From the NCBI GenBank assembly GCA_903899845.1, contig CAIUKV010000251.1:5970-69969 (forward strand): a stretch of 64,000 nucleotides of DNA. The letters are read 5' to 3'. The notes below the pieces were generated by a model that was not told the DNA's origin, ran no database searches, and saw only the letters and a list, made by a program, of their open reading frames with translations. The stretch is from an uncultured Actinomycetes bacterium. GTDB lineage: Bacteria > Actinomycetota > Acidimicrobiia > IMCC26256 > PALSA-555. How positions within the stretch are numbered: the first letter of the stretch is position 1; every line of letters starts with the position of its first letter. Positions 63,818 to 64,000 of the stretch are shown here, one piece after another. The position numbers were made by a program, and so were the translations under genes.

Positions 63818-64000
63818 GTGACGCCGAGGCGCGCGGCGCGCCGGTAGGCCTCGTCCCGGATCTCCATCTCGTCGTCGACGGCGCCCCCGCGGACCACGAC
63901 GCGCCCGGCGACCACCACCGTGTCGACCACCGACCCGGCGGCGGCGTAGACGAGGTTGTGCACGAGCGCGCCGGGGCCGAGCTCGGGCCGGTCGGCGGGC
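63814..64000 (-). CDS. C-terminal end of an amidohydrolase-like protein (partial; start lies outside the window)
   Basis: Reverse translation ends ...VVVRGGAVDDEMEIRDEAYRRAARLGVT-stop, with TAG at 63814-63816. Typical of an amidohydrolase/deaminase C-terminus. Not in the ORF track because it has no start in the window. Confidence 0.4.
   Translation of the reverse strand, partial: PADRPELGPGALVHNLVYAAAGSVVDTVVVAGRVVVRGGAVDDEMEIRDEAYRRAARLGVT

Overview
This is a very GC-rich actinobacterial chromosome segment; third codon positions are almost all G/C. The Pup-proteasome genes, F420 biosynthesis and heme A genes point to Actinobacteria, but I cannot place the lineage further from sequence alone. 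I support about 63 protein-coding genes. I saw no rRNA, tRNA, CRISPR array, transposase or integrase. Many long ORFs in the track are antisense shadow ORFs typical of high-GC DNA.

Layout:
- 0-11 kb, minus strand: a complete Pup-proteasome locus, with a DUF3866 gene inside the paf operon. Order is thiS-like, ttuA-like, trmI, (ferredoxin on the plus strand), mpa, dop, pup, prcB, prcA, (DUF2007-like gene on the plus strand), pafA, DUF3866, pafB/C.
- 11-17 kb: small membrane proteins, a DacB-type carboxypeptidase and two acyl-CoA synthetases.
- 17-26 kb: GT2 glycosyltransferase, FIST protein, tkt, mug, pgl, fbiC and a PfkB kinase.
- 26-30 kb: glcDEF-like oxidase.
- 30-36 kb: SDR, GroES-like protein, ctaB, TlpA-like redoxin and an ABC-2 exporter.
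- 36-59 kb: a more accessory-looking block. It holds a selenocysteine (in-frame TGA plus SECIS-like hairpin) formate dehydrogenase whose alpha subunit is split and gene-order permuted around a NuoE/F fusion. It also holds an A-T-TE NRPS-like enzyme with a Coq4-like protein and an MFS pump, a TasA-like/SipW-type peptidase secretion cluster, and an orphan MauD/MauE/MauA-like cluster.
- 59-64 kb: ctaA, an alpha/beta hydrolase, a penicillin-acylase-family protein and an HD protein.

The MauD/MauE/MauA-like cluster at 53.0-57.1 kb is my best candidate for an undescribed system. It encodes a TAT-exported 20-cysteine protein and has no dehydrogenase heavy chain or MauG.

Two window-wide patterns stand out. 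GTGA/ATGA start-stop overlaps occur at about 18 gene junctions. A TANNNT box sits 6-7 nt upstream of many start codons, which suggests leaderless transcripts.
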